Shown here: positions 1 through 9,749 of the stretch, in pieces
How positions within the stretch are numbered: the first letter of the stretch is position 1
Layout of the letters: the number at the start of each line of letters is the position of its first letter
Source of the DNA: a virus
Length of the DNA: 42,388 bases
IMG/VR virus record: IMGVR_UViG_3300045988_175234
Strand: one strand, 5' to 3'
The notes under the pieces: model-generated
The model's database searches: none
Seen by the model: the letters and a program-made list of their open reading frames with translations, nothing else
Told to the model about the DNA's origin: nothing
Position numbers and translations under genes: made by a program

Positions 1-55
1 CATCGCCAGAAGCTCAGCAGGAAGTAAAGGCCGTTAGCTATGAAGTAGCGAATAA
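1..55. repeat. 55-nt sequence identical to 42334-42388 (window ends overlap). Assembly signature of a circular or terminally redundant genome.
   Basis: Direct comparison of the first and last 55 nt shows they are identical. The reading frame continues across the junction. Confidence 0.9.
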
Positions 56-59
56 GATA

Positions 60-1697
60 GTGGAAAATGCTTCGTTAAAACAAGCTAATGACTTGGCACA
101 TGCGTATACTAATGAAGCTATTGTAGGTGTTTCTAAAGAAAATATTAAAGCTAATATCTCTCTATCTGAACAACAACTTGAAGCTACTACACAATTGCAG
201 AATGCTCTAGATGAGCAGACTGATTATTACGCGCTACCAGGAATTGTGCGCCTCGTAGGACAGGTTGTTAACGGTAAATGGTCTGACGAATATCATCAAG
301 CTAATGTTGCTAATGCTGCAAATAAGGTTATGACTATCGAAAAGCAAAAGCAAATTAATAATAGCTTGGCTGCAGCTAAAGCACAGGATTTGGTGGGCTA
401 TAATATAGTTGCCGACCCAATGGTTGATAAAGCTAGAGCAATTATGGCTAGTGTAACTACTCAAAGAAATAATGCAAAACAATTAGCTCAAAGAGATAGG
501 GAATTGGCCATCCGAGAACAAGAAGCCAAAAACAAAAATAGCGAAGATTCTCTTAAGCAGCTTAAACAGCAAAGGGAATTAGCTGAATATCAGATTAATT
601 CACTAACTAACGAAGCAAAGGCAAAAGAGTATATAGCTAATCGACCTACAATAGAGCGTATGTCAAATGGCCAATTCAAATCTCCAGATATTGATTATGG
701 GTTTAGGCTAATAGAAGCTTCTGCTAATCAACCAATAGCTTATAAAGACGCATTAATTAAACAAGGAACCGAGCTTATTAATAAATCATTGGATGAGCAG
801 CTAGAATCACTTCCTAGTGAAGAAGATAAAGTTATGTTCAAGACACGGTTAGCCAATCGTGGCTCGCTAAAACAAACTGACGCTAACTTAGCTAGTAACT
901 ATTATTATGCTAATGTTAGCCAAAGATCAACTACTCCGTCTATTGAGGGTAGACTATTAGCTGAATCAAAGCCAATTGTTGGTGATGTAGTTAAGACTTA
1001 TTACGATAACCTTACTGCTACTGAAAAAGATAATTTTGGTAGCGCAATTGGCAAACAAGGCGAACTAAGTGCTACTGAACTACTTATGGCGTTTACAGAA
1101 ATTAACAAATCTTCAAAGGCAAACGTTAAATCTTTAATTCCTTATAATGATTTGTTAGCTAAATCTATGAACGAACCTAGAACTGTTAGCTTACCTGATG
1201 GCTCTACTGAAACACAGCCTAGTTTATATAACCAATATAAAAATGAATTAGCATTAGACTATGGTAAATTTTACCTAGACGAGGCAGCTAACGTGTACGC
1301 TAATATTGGACGGCCCAACGTTGCCAGTAGTTTAAAGGCCATTAATGGCCAGCCTATCAGCAACAACGATAAACTTTCAAAAGCTATTGATGTTATGATT
1401 TCAAACGGTGAAAGTTATAATGGTGTTAGTAATTTTGTATCTGGATTTGCCGACCAAAGTAATCTAGCTATTTGGGCTGATAGTTATAAGTCTAAATCAG
1501 CTAGTTATGACAATCAGGCCGCAGCTATGATTCCTATCTTGGGATTTGATAATGCTATTATGAACATTAATCAGGCATTACGTAGTGATGGTCAAACCAA
1601 GTTTTATGATAGTTTACTTAGCAAAGCTTTAGATTCTATCAATAAGCGTAATCAAGAATTAAACAATTTAGTAAAGGTACAAACCAATGGCAGATAA
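60..1697 (+). CDS. 3' portion of the junction-spanning gene. Coiled-coil-rich virion protein, a T7 gp15-like internal core candidate. The GTG at 60 is internal, not the true start.
   Basis: Long ORF in frame with the ATG at 42294. Position in a 199/577/1774-aa series at the end of the late operon. Heptad-rich Q/E/K segments. Confidence 0.6.
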   Translation: MENASLKQANDLAHAYTNEAIVGVSKENIKANISLSEQQLEATTQLQNALDEQTDYYALPGIVRLVGQVVNGKWSDEYHQANVANAANKVMTIEKQKQINNSLAAAKAQDLVGYNIVADPMVDKARAIMASVTTQRNNAKQLAQRDRELAIREQEAKNKNSEDSLKQLKQQRELAEYQINSLTNEAKAKEYIANRPTIERMSNGQFKSPDIDYGFRLIEASANQPIAYKDALIKQGTELINKSLDEQLESLPSEEDKVMFKTRLANRGSLKQTDANLASNYYYANVSQRSTTPSIEGRLLAESKPIVGDVVKTYYDNLTATEKDNFGSAIGKQGELSATELLMAFTEINKSSKANVKSLIPYNDLLAKSMNEPRTVSLPDGSTETQPSLYNQYKNELALDYGKFYLDEAANVYANIGRPNVASSLKAINGQPISNNDKLSKAIDVMISNGESYNGVSNFVSGFADQSNLAIWADSYKSKSASYDNQAAAMIPILGFDNAIMNINQALRSDGQTKFYDSLLSKALDSINKRNQELNNLVKVQTNGR

Positions 1698-4600
1698 ATT
1701 CATTGATGCTTTTGGCGGTACTGTTAGTGATTGGGCTACTGCAAATAAGCCTGTAGTAGCCTATTCATCTGCAGAAGAGCCAGACAGTGCTAATAATTTA
1801 AAAGTTACTCCTGAAGAACCTGCACAGGAATCCAGTAGCGAAATGCAGCTAGTAAACCCTTTAACCGGTTCTCCTATGGAGGCCGGTATGATGGACAAGC
1901 TTACTACCTTAGGTATAGTAACTCTTAGTGAATTCGCTAGAGGTAGTTACAACCTTGCTGCTGATTTAGCGTCATATGCTGGTAATAAGTATAACGAATT
2001 AGTTAGAAACGAAAACGACACGGAAGTTGAAAAAATTGATTTGGCAGAAAGCTATAAGTTTCCTACCAATAAAGATATTGTCGAGTTTATGGGTGTTCAG
2101 CAATATAATGAAGCCTATAACAAAAACCCTGGTCTTTATGATTTGGGCGGCTCAATTGGCAGTGTCGCTACTGGAGCAGGTATTGGCATGAAAATGTTTA
2201 CTACTGGTAGCAAACTATATAGTTCTTTGCGCGCTACAGGAATTAGTGACAAAACTCTTAGTTATGTATTTGCAAATACCGCTAAGATCGAACAAGCTAG
2301 TAAAGAATTAGTAGCCTATGGAAATGTTTTGGCTACTAATGGTGTCGATATTACTAGAATTGGCGCCATGACAAATAGGCTATCTAAAATTGGCTGGCAA
2401 GCTATGAAAGAATATTTTAAATCTGGTGTAGCTGGCGAAGCTGTTGCAGCAAGTTTGAATTATTCTAATGATGTGATTTACAATCCTTACCGCTCTACTA
2501 ACCAAAAAATAGTAGAAGATGTAGGCTTGCCAGTTTTAGCTTCTGCACTACCTGGTGCTGTAACGTTTGGCATGCTAAGACGTGGTTTTAACCGTGCAGC
2601 TAGAGTTGCCGCGGAAGCCAAGAAAACCGCTATGACAGCAAAATTTGGTAGTGAATTTGAATCTATTTCGGCCAAAAACTTATCTAATCTAAATCAAGCT
2701 AATCTAGCTACAATTAACTCATATGAAATAGACGTACTTAAAAATCTTAGAGATGAAGCAGTAGCTACTGCAGCTAAAAATTCTAATAGTTCAATTTCGT
2801 TAGATGACATTCGTAGCTCTTTTAATGATGAGATTTCTACATTAGAAAATCAGAGATTGGCCAATGTTAGTAGTCTAATAGCTACCAATGTAAGCCCCAA
2901 TAATAAAGCTAAACTTACAAAGTTTATAGCCGATAATATGGAATCTAAACCTAATCTTGTTTATGGTGTAGATGACATTCGTTTTGTGCCAAACTCAAAC
3001 GAAGAATTAGATAATCTGGTTTACTATCAAACTGTTAAAAAATCTAAGCTACAAAATAAAATAGCCAAAGCCAGAAAACCAGAAACAAAAGCTAAGTATG
3101 AAGAAGCTTTAGCTAAACTAGAAACTTCTAACTGGATAGCGCTTAAACCTGATGGGAGCGTTATACCTGCAGCTGACTACCATATTAGCTTTCGTGATAC
3201 TGACAACTGGGCCAACAAAATTAAAGTAACTACTCCTAAAGAATTTGGTGTAGCTAGTAAACTTGCCATAGCTAATGTTGATTTTGCTGGAAATAAATAT
3301 GCCGTTTCTTCTGACGTAGTTGGTAACCTGTTTGTAGAAACTAATGGAAAAGCTACTAAAAATATTTTGCCAGAAATAGCTGACAGCGGATGGGCAGTTT
3401 TACAGAACCAGCTTACTACCGCCGATGCTACTTTGGGAAGATTGGCTGAAAAGAATATCATTAAAACAATTGATCTTAGTAAAGCCTCTTTTCAACAAGT
3501 AGCCTATTTAAATGCTTTACGTGATAACAAATGTTTTGATAAAGTTATTAGGCTAACTAATAATGATTTATCAGTTTCTAGCTCATCATTAGATGATTTG
3601 TTTTTAACTAAAGCTCGCGAGTCATTACGAAACTACATGGCACAGGTAGCTAAGTTTGAAGCCAATGGCCAAAGACCTAGATATCCTATTACCACATTGT
3701 TCGAAGAAACATTTAACTTAAAGCCTTTAGAGGGAGTTGACGTTTCAGACGCAGTAGCCGAATTATTGTCTCCTAAAACTAACGACGAAATTAGAAAAGT
3801 AGTTGCTATGTCTAACAGATTAGCCTACCAACCAGCTAGTCGCCCTGCCTTATTACGCCAAACAAAAGCAATTGATGATTACCAAAAAATTCAAGAAAAT
3901 GTGTTTAAAGAAAATGCAGTAAGGAATCAGGTAGTTAAATCAATCTTAACTGGCGAAGATAATATGGATGGCAAAACATATTTTGTAAACGAAGTAGCCA
4001 ATGAATTATATTCGCACCCTGGTTTTGAACAAGCTATTAATGTTGAGGGAGTTTCAGCTACTCTTGGCAGATTGGGCAAGGCCGGTAAATACTTACTTCA
4101 AACTACATTTCGCTATGCTGATAATTTGCCAATTAGAGCGATGTCTATGATAAGCAATGAAATTGATTTAAAAGTATCTAAGCGAATCAATGAAAAACTT
4201 AAACCGCTTAGCAAAGCATTAACACCTGTTGTTAGTGACGCAACTAAAAAGGTTGAATTAAATTCGTTTGTTCATCAGATGCGCAGTAACTGGAGAGTAA
4301 CTAAAGACCTAGAAGAAATAGAGCCTGGTAGGTTTGCAATACCACTTGACCCAGATTCTAGAGTTAGTAACCTTAAAGTGGCTGAACGTCAAGCTAAATA
4401 CTTTGACCAACAATTTGATTTAGATAATCTAAATTATGTGCCAGACCCGTTTAATCCTACTAAACCTCTGACGCTTTCTAAAGAAGTAGCTGACGCCGCT
4501 TACGTAATACAAGACATTTCGTCTGATTTGTGGGAAAACCAAAATATTCTTAATACCGCTATGGGTAAGCGAAATGTTTCGTACCGTAATTTTCACGTTC

Positions 4601-7011
4601 CGCCAAAAGATCTAACTAACAAAGAAATCATGGTGGTAGTTGATAGGCAGTCCAAAGAACCTATAACTTTTGTTGCCGGTAACACTTTGGAACAAGCTAG
4701 AAATCTGGCCAAGCGGGAACAAAGTCTAACTAAAATAGACACCGATATTATTCCTCTTGACGCTGTTAAAGATTATAAATCTATTCTTGATAGCGACGCT
4801 GAATGGGTTAACATGTCGGACTATTCAGACATGGTTCGTCAGCTACAATCAGCAGGCCCAAAGAGTACTATCAGACGTTCTATGGGAGCTTTGGTTGATG
4901 TAGGTAATGACGCTATTCGTGATATAGTAGATTCGTTTAATAGCTCATACCATAAAGAAGCTACTAGAACTAGATTAGCTGCTATGCAGGGCCAAATAGA
5001 TTATGCACAAGGAATGCTTAATCAGCTACCAGAATCAGAACGTGTTGGTTCCTCACTACAAGAATGGCTGGACAATGCTTTTGGTTTGACATCAACTATT
5101 AAAATGAGCAATAAATCTGGAATAGGTGCTATCTATAATGCTTTCGATACTGCGCTACTTCATGGTTCAAAAATGGTAAACGATTTTGCTTATAATCTTT
5201 CTGAGAACCAGAGGTTACGCTTTATAGAAAGGCTTGAAGACAATAAGCCTCGCGATTTACATCAGTTGTTCAAAGGCTCCAAAGACTTTAAAGAATTTAA
5301 ACGAGTCTTTAAGCAAAGTGATAATCCAGTAGCTGATGCAGTAGATTTTGTTAATCGTGCTAACTTAGGTTCTAAGCTATCCATGCCTAAAGAAATAATG
5401 GCTAAAACATCCTCAATAATGTCAATGGCCATGCTTAGAATAGCCAACTTAGGTTTTGCGTTAACTAACATGCTTTCGCTACCTGCAACTATACCGGGTA
5501 CTATGATTGCGCTAAATCGTAGAGCTGGAGAAGCTTTAGACGAGTGGCAAACCAGAATTGGTTTATTTGGTAAAGGCTATAAATTAGATGAGGCTGGCCA
5601 TGATTTTGTTCGTGGATTAGATACAATAGGCTTAGCTGTTGATACAATAGGTTGGGCTTTCACTAAACAAGGTAAAGAAATCAATAAACTAGCTACTGAA
5701 GCTGGATACTTTGATACTACTGCCAGTTTAATGAATGAAATTTTTGTAACTCCTACAATGTCTAAAACTGAAAAAGCTTTAGATAAATCTATTAATGCTT
5801 TATCTTTTCTTAGCGACAAATCTGAATCTTTGTCTCGTACTATACCGTTCATGATGGGCTATAGGCTAGCAGACAAATCTGGTTTAGTAGACGACCCTAA
5901 AGCTAAGATGGCTTTTGCTAAGCAGTTTATGGACGATGTTGTAGGTAACTACTCATCCAACGTACGACCTATGATACACAAACAGGCTTTAGGTATTCCA
6001 GTTAGTTTGTTCTATACGTATACTCAAAACTATGGTCAGCGTTTATTTGATTATATCGAGAATAAGGATATTCGTGCTCTCGCTATTCAATCACTAACGC
6101 AAGGTTTAGTATTCGGTGCTCAAGGTGTAACTGGCGCTCCTACCATCTTTGATAGGCTATTTCCTGTAGAAAGCGGCGATTCAGCTTATCAAGCACTACA
6201 GCGTAATTATGGTGATGACTTAGCTAGGTTCTTTTTGTATGGTACGCCAAGCGCTCTTACTGGTTTAGATTTCAGTAGTAAGGGTTCTATGGCAGACGCA
6301 AGATTACCTATAATTTCGTCACCTAAAGATATGGTAGCCTACTCAGGTACTGTCAATACTATACAAGGTTTGTCAGAAACTTTTAAAGCTATGAAAACTG
6401 AAGTAGGATTAACCACTACTAGGTTAGAAGAAATCTGGCAAAATTATGCTGTATCACCATTTGTGCGTAGTAGTTTAGATTTACATTTAGGCTATACAAC
6501 TAATCGCGCAGGTGAAACTATTATTGATAAAAATGCAGATGGGTTATTCGCTACTGCAAATGTTTTAGCTATGAAGTCTATTACTGAATCTGAAATGGCA
6601 AAACAGATGTATAGAAACTCCCAACGAGAACTCCGTCAACGTGCCGCAATGGCTACTGTTCGTAAAAATATTCGTGCAGTTCAGCGTGATTTGTTTTTAA
6701 AAGATGGTACTATTGATGGTAAAATATTATTAGATTTGGTAGTTGACTATACCAACGCCGGCGGCAAGAGTGAGAACTTTATTAAATACTTCCGCGACCA
6801 GCTAACTGTTAGCGTGTTGCCCAAGAATTTTAATCTTGCTAAATCTCTTGCTAAAAAAGGAACTGAAGCTTCGTTTAAATCTGCCTTAGGTCTGTTAGCT
6901 TTAACTAAATCAGAAATTTCTGATGATGAGTTAGACGCTAATGTGCCGATACCTACTCAGCATAATACTAATATGATTGATGCTTTTGGTGGCCAAGCTG
7001 GTAGTTGGTAG
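1687..7011 (+). CDS. Giant virion protein, 1774 aa. Internal core or ejection protein (T7 gp16-like by position and size), or tape-measure-like.
   Basis: Uninterrupted 5.3-kb ORF. ATGGCAGATAA overlaps the upstream stop. Last gene of the late operon before the convergent terminator. No catalytic motif recognised. Confidence 0.6.
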   Translation: MADKFIDAFGGTVSDWATANKPVVAYSSAEEPDSANNLKVTPEEPAQESSSEMQLVNPLTGSPMEAGMMDKLTTLGIVTLSEFARGSYNLAADLASYAGNKYNELVRNENDTEVEKIDLAESYKFPTNKDIVEFMGVQQYNEAYNKNPGLYDLGGSIGSVATGAGIGMKMFTTGSKLYSSLRATGISDKTLSYVFANTAKIEQASKELVAYGNVLATNGVDITRIGAMTNRLSKIGWQAMKEYFKSGVAGEAVAASLNYSNDVIYNPYRSTNQKIVEDVGLPVLASALPGAVTFGMLRRGFNRAARVAAEAKKTAMTAKFGSEFESISAKNLSNLNQANLATINSYEIDVLKNLRDEAVATAAKNSNSSISLDDIRSSFNDEISTLENQRLANVSSLIATNVSPNNKAKLTKFIADNMESKPNLVYGVDDIRFVPNSNEELDNLVYYQTVKKSKLQNKIAKARKPETKAKYEEALAKLETSNWIALKPDGSVIPAADYHISFRDTDNWANKIKVTTPKEFGVASKLAIANVDFAGNKYAVSSDVVGNLFVETNGKATKNILPEIADSGWAVLQNQLTTADATLGRLAEKNIIKTIDLSKASFQQVAYLNALRDNKCFDKVIRLTNNDLSVSSSSLDDLFLTKARESLRNYMAQVAKFEANGQRPRYPITTLFEETFNLKPLEGVDVSDAVAELLSPKTNDEIRKVVAMSNRLAYQPASRPALLRQTKAIDDYQKIQENVFKENAVRNQVVKSILTGEDNMDGKTYFVNEVANELYSHPGFEQAINVEGVSATLGRLGKAGKYLLQTTFRYADNLPIRAMSMISNEIDLKVSKRINEKLKPLSKALTPVVSDATKKVELNSFVHQMRSNWRVTKDLEEIEPGRFAIPLDPDSRVSNLKVAERQAKYFDQQFDLDNLNYVPDPFNPTKPLTLSKEVADAAYVIQDISSDLWENQNILNTAMGKRNVSYRNFHVPPKDLTNKEIMVVVDRQSKEPITFVAGNTLEQARNLAKREQSLTKIDTDIIPLDAVKDYKSILDSDAEWVNMSDYSDMVRQLQSAGPKSTIRRSMGALVDVGNDAIRDIVDSFNSSYHKEATRTRLAAMQGQIDYAQGMLNQLPESERVGSSLQEWLDNAFGLTSTIKMSNKSGIGAIYNAFDTALLHGSKMVNDFAYNLSENQRLRFIERLEDNKPRDLHQLFKGSKDFKEFKRVFKQSDNPVADAVDFVNRANLGSKLSMPKEIMAKTSSIMSMAMLRIANLGFALTNMLSLPATIPGTMIALNRRAGEALDEWQTRIGLFGKGYKLDEAGHDFVRGLDTIGLAVDTIGWAFTKQGKEINKLATEAGYFDTTASLMNEIFVTPTMSKTEKALDKSINALSFLSDKSESLSRTIPFMMGYRLADKSGLVDDPKAKMAFAKQFMDDVVGNYSSNVRPMIHKQALGIPVSLFYTYTQNYGQRLFDYIENKDIRALAIQSLTQGLVFGAQGVTGAPTIFDRLFPVESGDSAYQALQRNYGDDLARFFLYGTPSALTGLDFSSKGSMADARLPIISSPKDMVAYSGTVNTIQGLSETFKAMKTEVGLTTTRLEEIWQNYAVSPFVRSSLDLHLGYTTNRAGETIIDKNADGLFATANVLAMKSITESEMAKQMYRNSQRELRQRAAMATVRKNIRAVQRDLFLKDGTIDGKILLDLVVDYTNAGGKSENFIKYFRDQLTVSVLPKNFNLAKSLAKKGTEASFKSALGLLALTKSEISDDELDANVPIPTQHNTNMIDAFGGQAGSW

Positions 7012-7012
7012 C

Positions 7013-7078
7013 AAAAAAAAAAAAAAAAAAAGGTGGCAGTTAATAGGTTTAATAGCCTAATAACTTGCCACCTTTATT
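7013..7078. terminator. Bidirectional intrinsic terminator: A19 tract plus a 15-bp hairpin (GGTGGCAGTTAATAGG / CCTAATAACTTGCCACC).
   Basis: Sits between the convergent gene arms. On the minus strand the hairpin is followed by U19; on the plus strand by UUUAUUAU. Confidence 0.8.
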
Positions 7079-7316
7079 ATAACTTTTCGTAGGTTAAACT
7101 TGCTAAAAACAATTTATCTTCGATATATTGCATACAATCTTCTTTATCAAAATCAATACATCTATTCCAGTTTTCATAGTTTTCACTAATAATTTTCTTA
7201 GCGTCCTCCTCATTTTCAGCTATAACCTTTACGAACATATTATTATGCAACGAATCTTTAGTAAAAGTAAAATAGTAAATATGTAACTTATCACAAGATA
7301 TAAAACCTTTTTTCAT
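7077..7316 (-). CDS. Hypothetical protein, 79 aa.
   Basis: ORF; last gene of the minus arm. Confidence 0.4.
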   Translation of the reverse strand: MKKGFISCDKLHIYYFTFTKDSLHNNMFVKVIAENEEDAKKIISENYENWNRCIDFDKEDCMQYIEDKLFLASLTYEKL

Positions 7317-7317
7317 A

Positions 7318-7917
7318 TTATTTTCCTTTCTTAGCTAATTTATCAAAAGCATCTGAGTTAGCTTTATATAGCCGTTTAGGTACTACGTAGTACGACCTTT
7401 CGCACTCTTTAATTAGCTCAGGAATTAAATTATAAATTCCCTCATCAATCTTTTTTAAGCTTGTTTCTGACAGCCAACAAGATTCGCTATTGGCAATAGC
7501 TAACGCCGCACGCTTAGCTCTATAGCCTACTTCAAAATACCAATTTGAGTCTATTAGTTCAACAAGCGCCCCGAACGTATTACCATTAGAGAGATGGCCC
7601 AACATGCCTTTAAATTTTTTAAGCTTTTCAATGCCCATATTTAATGTCATATCTGTTAATACTAATTTCCAAATTGGACTTGCTTTTGTAAATGCTGGTA
7701 GCGATTTAACAAACAAAGCGGCATTCTTTATATCATTCTTTAACAATAGCGTAGCCTCCACTTCTGTAATACCAACATCTCTTAAATTTCGTCCATAGCC
7801 TATTGTTTCAATGCCTTTAGTGTCTTTGTAAATCTTTGAACTAAAGCCTTCATTTAGCTTAACCACATCAACTAAATATGATAATGATAGCTCTTCTAGA
7901 TTATTTTTGTTTGTCAT
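7318..7917 (-). CDS. Endolysin, T4-type lysozyme (GH24 muramidase).
   Basis: N-terminal LNEGFSSKIYKDTKGIETIGYGRNL matches the T4 lysozyme catalytic region (EG…YkDt.G..TIG.G). Confidence 0.85.
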   Translation of the reverse strand: MTNKNNLEELSLSYLVDVVKLNEGFSSKIYKDTKGIETIGYGRNLRDVGITEVEATLLLKNDIKNAALFVKSLPAFTKASPIWKLVLTDMTLNMGIEKLKKFKGMLGHLSNGNTFGALVELIDSNWYFEVGYRAKRAALAIANSESCWLSETSLKKIDEGIYNLIPELIKECERSYYVVPKRLYKANSDAFDKLAKKGK

Positions 7918-8120
7918 TTAGCAAACAACTCCCAGTTTTCGTGTAAGAACCTAATAGCGTCAATTATCGCTACCGAAACAAAAAGGCAATATATTGACTG
8001 CCATGCTTTATACGTTACGGACGAACCGCCATAGAAGTAATCAAAGTCAAACAGCATTGTTTTAATATTAACTACTACCAATACAGCACATGTTATGATA
8101 ACAAAAATACATCCAATCAT
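7914..8120 (-). CDS. Putative holin, 68 aa with 2 transmembrane helices.
   Basis: Two hydrophobic helices and a charged C-terminus. ATGA overlap with the endolysin start gives translational coupling. Confidence 0.5.
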   Translation of the reverse strand: MIGCIFVIITCAVLVVVNIKTMLFDFDYFYGGSSVTYKAWQSIYCLFVSVAIIDAIRFLHENWELFAK

Positions 8121-8124
8121 TTCT

Positions 8125-8763
8125 TTACTCCGGATTAACTATTATAGAACGCCGACTAGCAATATAGTCGCACAGATGAACGAAGTGCTGTTGAATCGTA
8201 CTTGGCTCTGGCAAAACAATTGAACTATTGCCTTTGTAGTCTTTAGTCCATTGTCCCATGTGTGTCTCAATAGCACCATAAATAAGCTTTACTTTTAGTT
8301 TCAATAACTCATCATTATGAAGATTCATTTCGTGAGCTATTGTTCTAACTAGCTTAGCTGCCAACAATGGATGGTCATGGCGATAAGTTACGCTATCGTC
8401 TTCATATCCACATTTACAGGTATCGTGTAAAATACACGAGGCAATAGCGCAATCAAAATCAACTTTTTCAAAAAGTTTTAGTCTAATCAACTCATCAGCT
8501 ACTACACATAAGGCTTTGGTATGGCGTACCAAACCACCCTCGCCTATTGAATTCACGTTATGGTGTTTTCCAGTAGTAGAAGCTGGCAAGAAAAAGAAAT
8601 TATTTGGCACCCTTTCAAGTACTCTTACTACTAACTCTCTAATATTTTCATTTACTATCTTGGCCAGCTGTGGTTTAAATACAGCAATTCTCTCTACTGA
8701 ATTTAACTGTGTAGTTTCAATATTTAGAGAATCATTTACTTTTATTACTTTTTTATTTGTCAT
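8125..8763 (-). CDS. HD-domain phosphohydrolase.
   Basis: H…HD…H…D pattern: KHHNVN, CILHDTCKCG, YRHDHPLL. Confidence 0.55.
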   Translation of the reverse strand: MTNKKVIKVNDSLNIETTQLNSVERIAVFKPQLAKIVNENIRELVVRVLERVPNNFFFLPASTTGKHHNVNSIGEGGLVRHTKALCVVADELIRLKLFEKVDFDCAIASCILHDTCKCGYEDDSVTYRHDHPLLAAKLVRTIAHEMNLHNDELLKLKVKLIYGAIETHMGQWTKDYKGNSSIVLPEPSTIQQHFVHLCDYIASRRSIIVNPE

Positions 8764-9109
8764 CTTTACAATAAACCCTTTCAGCTACTTCGGCAGCGTT
8801 GGCCGCATAGCCACAAATATCAATATAATTATCTTCGTATTTTGGCGACGTGGCTGTTCTAGCTATTTTCAACAACACCATCATCATTGCTACATTATCT
8901 GGCCCAATACAAGCAACGTAGCTATTGTTTATAGACGAAAGATAAATATTCCAATATCTAGCAATTATTTTAAAATTGTCTTCCGGATTACCATAAGAAT
9001 TCTGTCTATCTTTAGAGATAATCTTTTCAGCAGTTTTAAGAATTTCTACACGCTTAATTCTCGCTACTTCGTATTCTGTAGCCTTATACACATCTTCGCT
9101 TTTAATCAT
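8753..9109 (-). CDS. Hypothetical protein, 118 aa.
   Basis: ORF; overlaps its neighbours by a few nt. Confidence 0.4.
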   Translation of the reverse strand: MIKSEDVYKATEYEVARIKRVEILKTAEKIISKDRQNSYGNPEDNFKIIARYWNIYLSSINNSYVACIGPDNVAMMMVLLKIARTATSPKYEDNYIDICGYAANAAEVAERVYCKDDK

Positions 9110-9307
9110 TTATTCATCCTCACTATTAAGTTTTGCTGTGGCCTTTTCTTCCGTGAAGCATACACGTTCGCGAAATTCAGATTTTTTGCCACGATTAAAC
9201 TCGCTAACTGGACGTAAGTAACCCATAACCCTAGTCCAATTTTCACACTCTTGTCTCTCACTATCGTCCAACACGTTGGTGTCTACTTTCTTTTCTTCAT
9301 TATCCAT
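9110..9307 (-). CDS. Hypothetical acidic protein, 65 aa.
   Basis: ORF. Confidence 0.35.
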   Translation of the reverse strand: MDNEEKKVDTNVLDDSERQECENWTRVMGYLRPVSEFNRGKKSEFRERVCFTEEKATAKLNSEDE

Positions 9308-9456
9308 GCCATTACCCTCTCTACTAAATAAAAGATTAAAAACAATAAAATAATAGGAATCAGTAAAGGGAATACATTAACTATAAAAGCTATCGTAAAC
9401 AGCGCTATTATAGTTAATAAGATAATCCAACTAAGTAATTTTAAAAACTCTGTCAT
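9283..9456 (-). CDS. Small, very hydrophobic membrane protein, 57 aa, predicted 2 transmembrane helices. Below the ORF-track cutoff.
   Basis: Reverse-complement translation gives MTEFLKLLSWIILLTIIALFTIAFIVNVFPLLIPIILLFLIFYLVERVMAWIMKKRK. Its ATG overlaps the TGA of the upstream gene (ATGA). It fills an otherwise empty 145-bp gap. Confidence 0.45.
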   Translation of the reverse strand: MTEFLKLLSWIILLTIIALFTIAFIVNVFPLLIPIILLFLIFYLVERVMAWIMKKRK

Positions 9457-9749
9457 ATCTTTCCCTTTCTTATTAACTCATAAACTACTTCAATACCGTA
9501 GTATTTTATTGACCAGCCTGACCGTTTTTTAACCTTAGATACTAATTTATCTACTTCATTATTGCTAACAAAATCGAAAGTATATAAATCATGTTTTGTG
9601 GCGCTATGCTTTAAGCAAGCTAATGAATCAAAAACTAAATAGCCAGTTCCATAGCCGTTAGGTATTAGTATTAGTTCATTTTTAATTGGCTTGCCACAAG
9701 CTATGCAATATGGCTCAAGCAAATTTTCTTTAGTAATTACAATACCCAT
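9453..9749 (-). CDS. Hypothetical protein, 98 aa, possible CxxC…CxxH zinc-binding motif.
   Basis: CIACGKP … ACLKH. Confidence 0.35.
   Translation of the reverse strand: MGIVITKENLLEPYCIACGKPIKNELILIPNGYGTGYLVFDSLACLKHSATKHDLYTFDFVSNNEVDKLVSKVKKRSGWSIKYYGIEVVYELIRKGKI

Noticed and set aside
1687-7011. Virion-packaged RNA polymerase (N4 vRNAP-like) hidden in the 1774-aa protein.
   Set aside because: No T7/N4-type motif A, motif B (Rx3Kx7YG) or motif C (HD) pattern could be found in the translation. Promoters in the genome look host sigma70-like.
8516-9217. 233-aa plus-strand ORF, and several other antisense ORFs in the track (234..482, 2487..2675, 3177..3461, 5262..5471, 5577..5852, 7604..7798, 9822..10055, 12031..12261, 12308..12502, 13727..14068, 14786..15138, 15180..15444, 18264..18485, 19363..19747, 20833..21102, 22465..22680, 23795..23986, 25373..26062, 26731..26955, 28215..28580, 31508..31872, 32196..32978, 33256..33483, 34705..34890, 38803..39289, 40178..40363).
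   Set aside because: Each lies entirely antisense to, or out of frame within, a longer ORF that has recognisable motifs or a proper RBS and gene context. They have low-complexity or hydrophobic compositions typical of shadow ORFs in AT-rich DNA.
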